Origin: a virus
Lineage: Duplodnaviria > Caudoviricetes
Direction: 5' to 3' (one strand)
DNA length: 25,839 nt
Virus record (IMG/VR): IMGVR_UViG_3300031539_000277
Location: 1 to 25,839 of that record
In this document: positions 25,267 through 25,839 of the stretch, piece by piece
Layout: every line of letters starts with the position of its first letter
Numbering within the stretch: the stretch's first letter is position 1
The notes under the pieces: model-generated
What the model saw: only the letters and a program-made list of their open reading frames with translations
The model's database searches: none
Told to the model about the DNA's origin: nothing
Program-made: the position numbers and the translations under genes

Positions 25267-25422
25267 TTATTTTGCCCGCCGATTCCACGCTTCAATTGCA
25301 TCCATGTCGCTATCTTTTCTTGATCTCGCACCACATTTCCGACATTCAATTTGCAAATATCCATCTTCGGCATACTCGTCAGCTTCACCACCACAAAACG
25401 GACATGGTTTTAGATTATCCAT
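25267..25422 (-). CDS. lar: Lar-family restriction alleviation protein, 51 aa (not in ORF track)
   Basis: Hand translation MDNLKPCPFCGGEADEYAEDGYLQIECRKCGARSRKDSDMDAIEAWNRRAK; LKPCPFCG...CxxCGA...AIEAWNRR signature; SD TAAGGAGG. Confidence 0.88.
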   Translation of the reverse strand: MDNLKPCPFCGGEADEYAEDGYLQIECRKCGARSRKDSDMDAIEAWNRRAK

Positions 25423-25432
25423 TCAATCCTCC

Positions 25433-25466
25433 TTAAAATTGCCGGGAGAGAACTCCCTCCCCCGGC
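25433..25466 (-). terminator. Terminator/attenuator-like hairpin just upstream of the lar SD
   Basis: GCCGGGGGAG-ggagtt-CTCTCCCGGC followed by AATTTT (weak U-tract). Confidence 0.45.
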
Positions 25467-25639
25467 TACCTCTTAAACACTGCCGTTACTCAGCCACTAT
25501 AGGCAGTACGGCACCAAACCTTTAGTCCTTTGCGCTTTTTAGGCGCTCCGCATAGACAGGCCCTCCCTTCGCTTAGGATAGGATAGTATAAAAGTAAACC
25601 GTCATACGATGCCTCCAAAGGGCAGAGCGCATGATCGTT

Positions 25640-25837
25640 TCATCCGCATATTGGCCACGGCGATTGATACGGCGTTTCGTGATCCGGCTTCTCTATGGCC
25701 GCCAACGCCGTCTTGATCTTTAACGCCCGGCTTTGCTCTTCGTCCACCTGTTGCCGGATACATAGAGCGCAGGTTGCCAGGCCCAGCCTCATATCGCTCC
25801 CGAGCATACAGCCACAGCTCTGGATCAGTTTCCCGCA
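25640..25837 (-). CDS. 3' part of a Cys-rich small protein (…CGKLIQSCGCM…CALC…WPICG), truncated by the window edge
   Basis: Open frame from the edge to TGA at 25642-25640; Cys pattern looks more protein-like than the track's 25602..25838 frame. Confidence 0.5.
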   Translation of the reverse strand, partial: CGKLIQSCGCMLGSDMRLGLATCALCIRQQVDEEQSRALKIKTALAAIEKPDHETPYQSPWPICG

Positions 25838-25839
25838 AT

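Larger units (their letters stand above)
1..25839 (-). mobile_element. Phage/prophage genome fragment, podovirus-type (BPP-1/APSE/T7-like) virion morphogenesis module
   Basis: Co-oriented terminase-portal-scaffold-capsid-tail tube A/B-internal proteins-tail fibre order; tight ATGA/TAATG gene overlaps; no host housekeeping genes. Confidence 0.95.

Noticed and set aside
602-25525. Numerous plus-strand ORFs in the track
   Set aside because: Antisense shadows of the minus-strand genes with no recognisable motifs.
25585-25620. Complete sigma70 promoter at TATACT
   Set aside because: No acceptable -35 or extended -10 at the proper spacing; mentioned only as part of the leader finding.
1-25839. 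Stop-codon reassignment
   Set aside because: Core genes are full length in the standard code, and TAA, TAG and TGA all end genes at tight junctions.
1-25839. CRISPR array, tRNA, rRNA, integrase/att site, intron or intein
   Set aside because: No spaced repeats, cloverleaf or recombinase motifs seen; terminase, portal and capsid are uninterrupted and of normal size.

Overview
A 25.8-kb fragment of a tailed dsDNA phage (or prophage) with a short-tail, podovirus-type morphogenesis operon in the BPP-1/APSE/T7-like gene order. All credible genes are on the minus strand. In transcription order (right to left): small accessory genes including a Lar-family ORF missed by the ORF track, terminase small and large subunits, portal, Bbp19-like protein, an RHH-like protein, scaffold, an unusual block of six small genes, a sigma70-like promoter with a structured leader, major capsid, Bbp16-like cement protein, a terminator, tail tubular proteins A and B, a GNAT-like protein, three internal/ejection proteins, and two paralogous T7 gp17-type tail fibres with an adhesin-like partner gene. 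The most notable item is the 2200-aa ejection protein, a polyvalent protein carrying an ADP-ribosyltransferase domain, an HExxH metallopeptidase domain and what looks like a degenerate RelA/SpoT-like domain. Other oddities are a probable ATC start codon for terS, an SD-sequestering capsid leader and an AT-rich gene flanked by 12-bp direct repeats. All family assignments come from motif recognition by eye, not from database searches. No integrase, replication, lysis, rRNA, tRNA or CRISPR features were seen, and the host cannot be determined.
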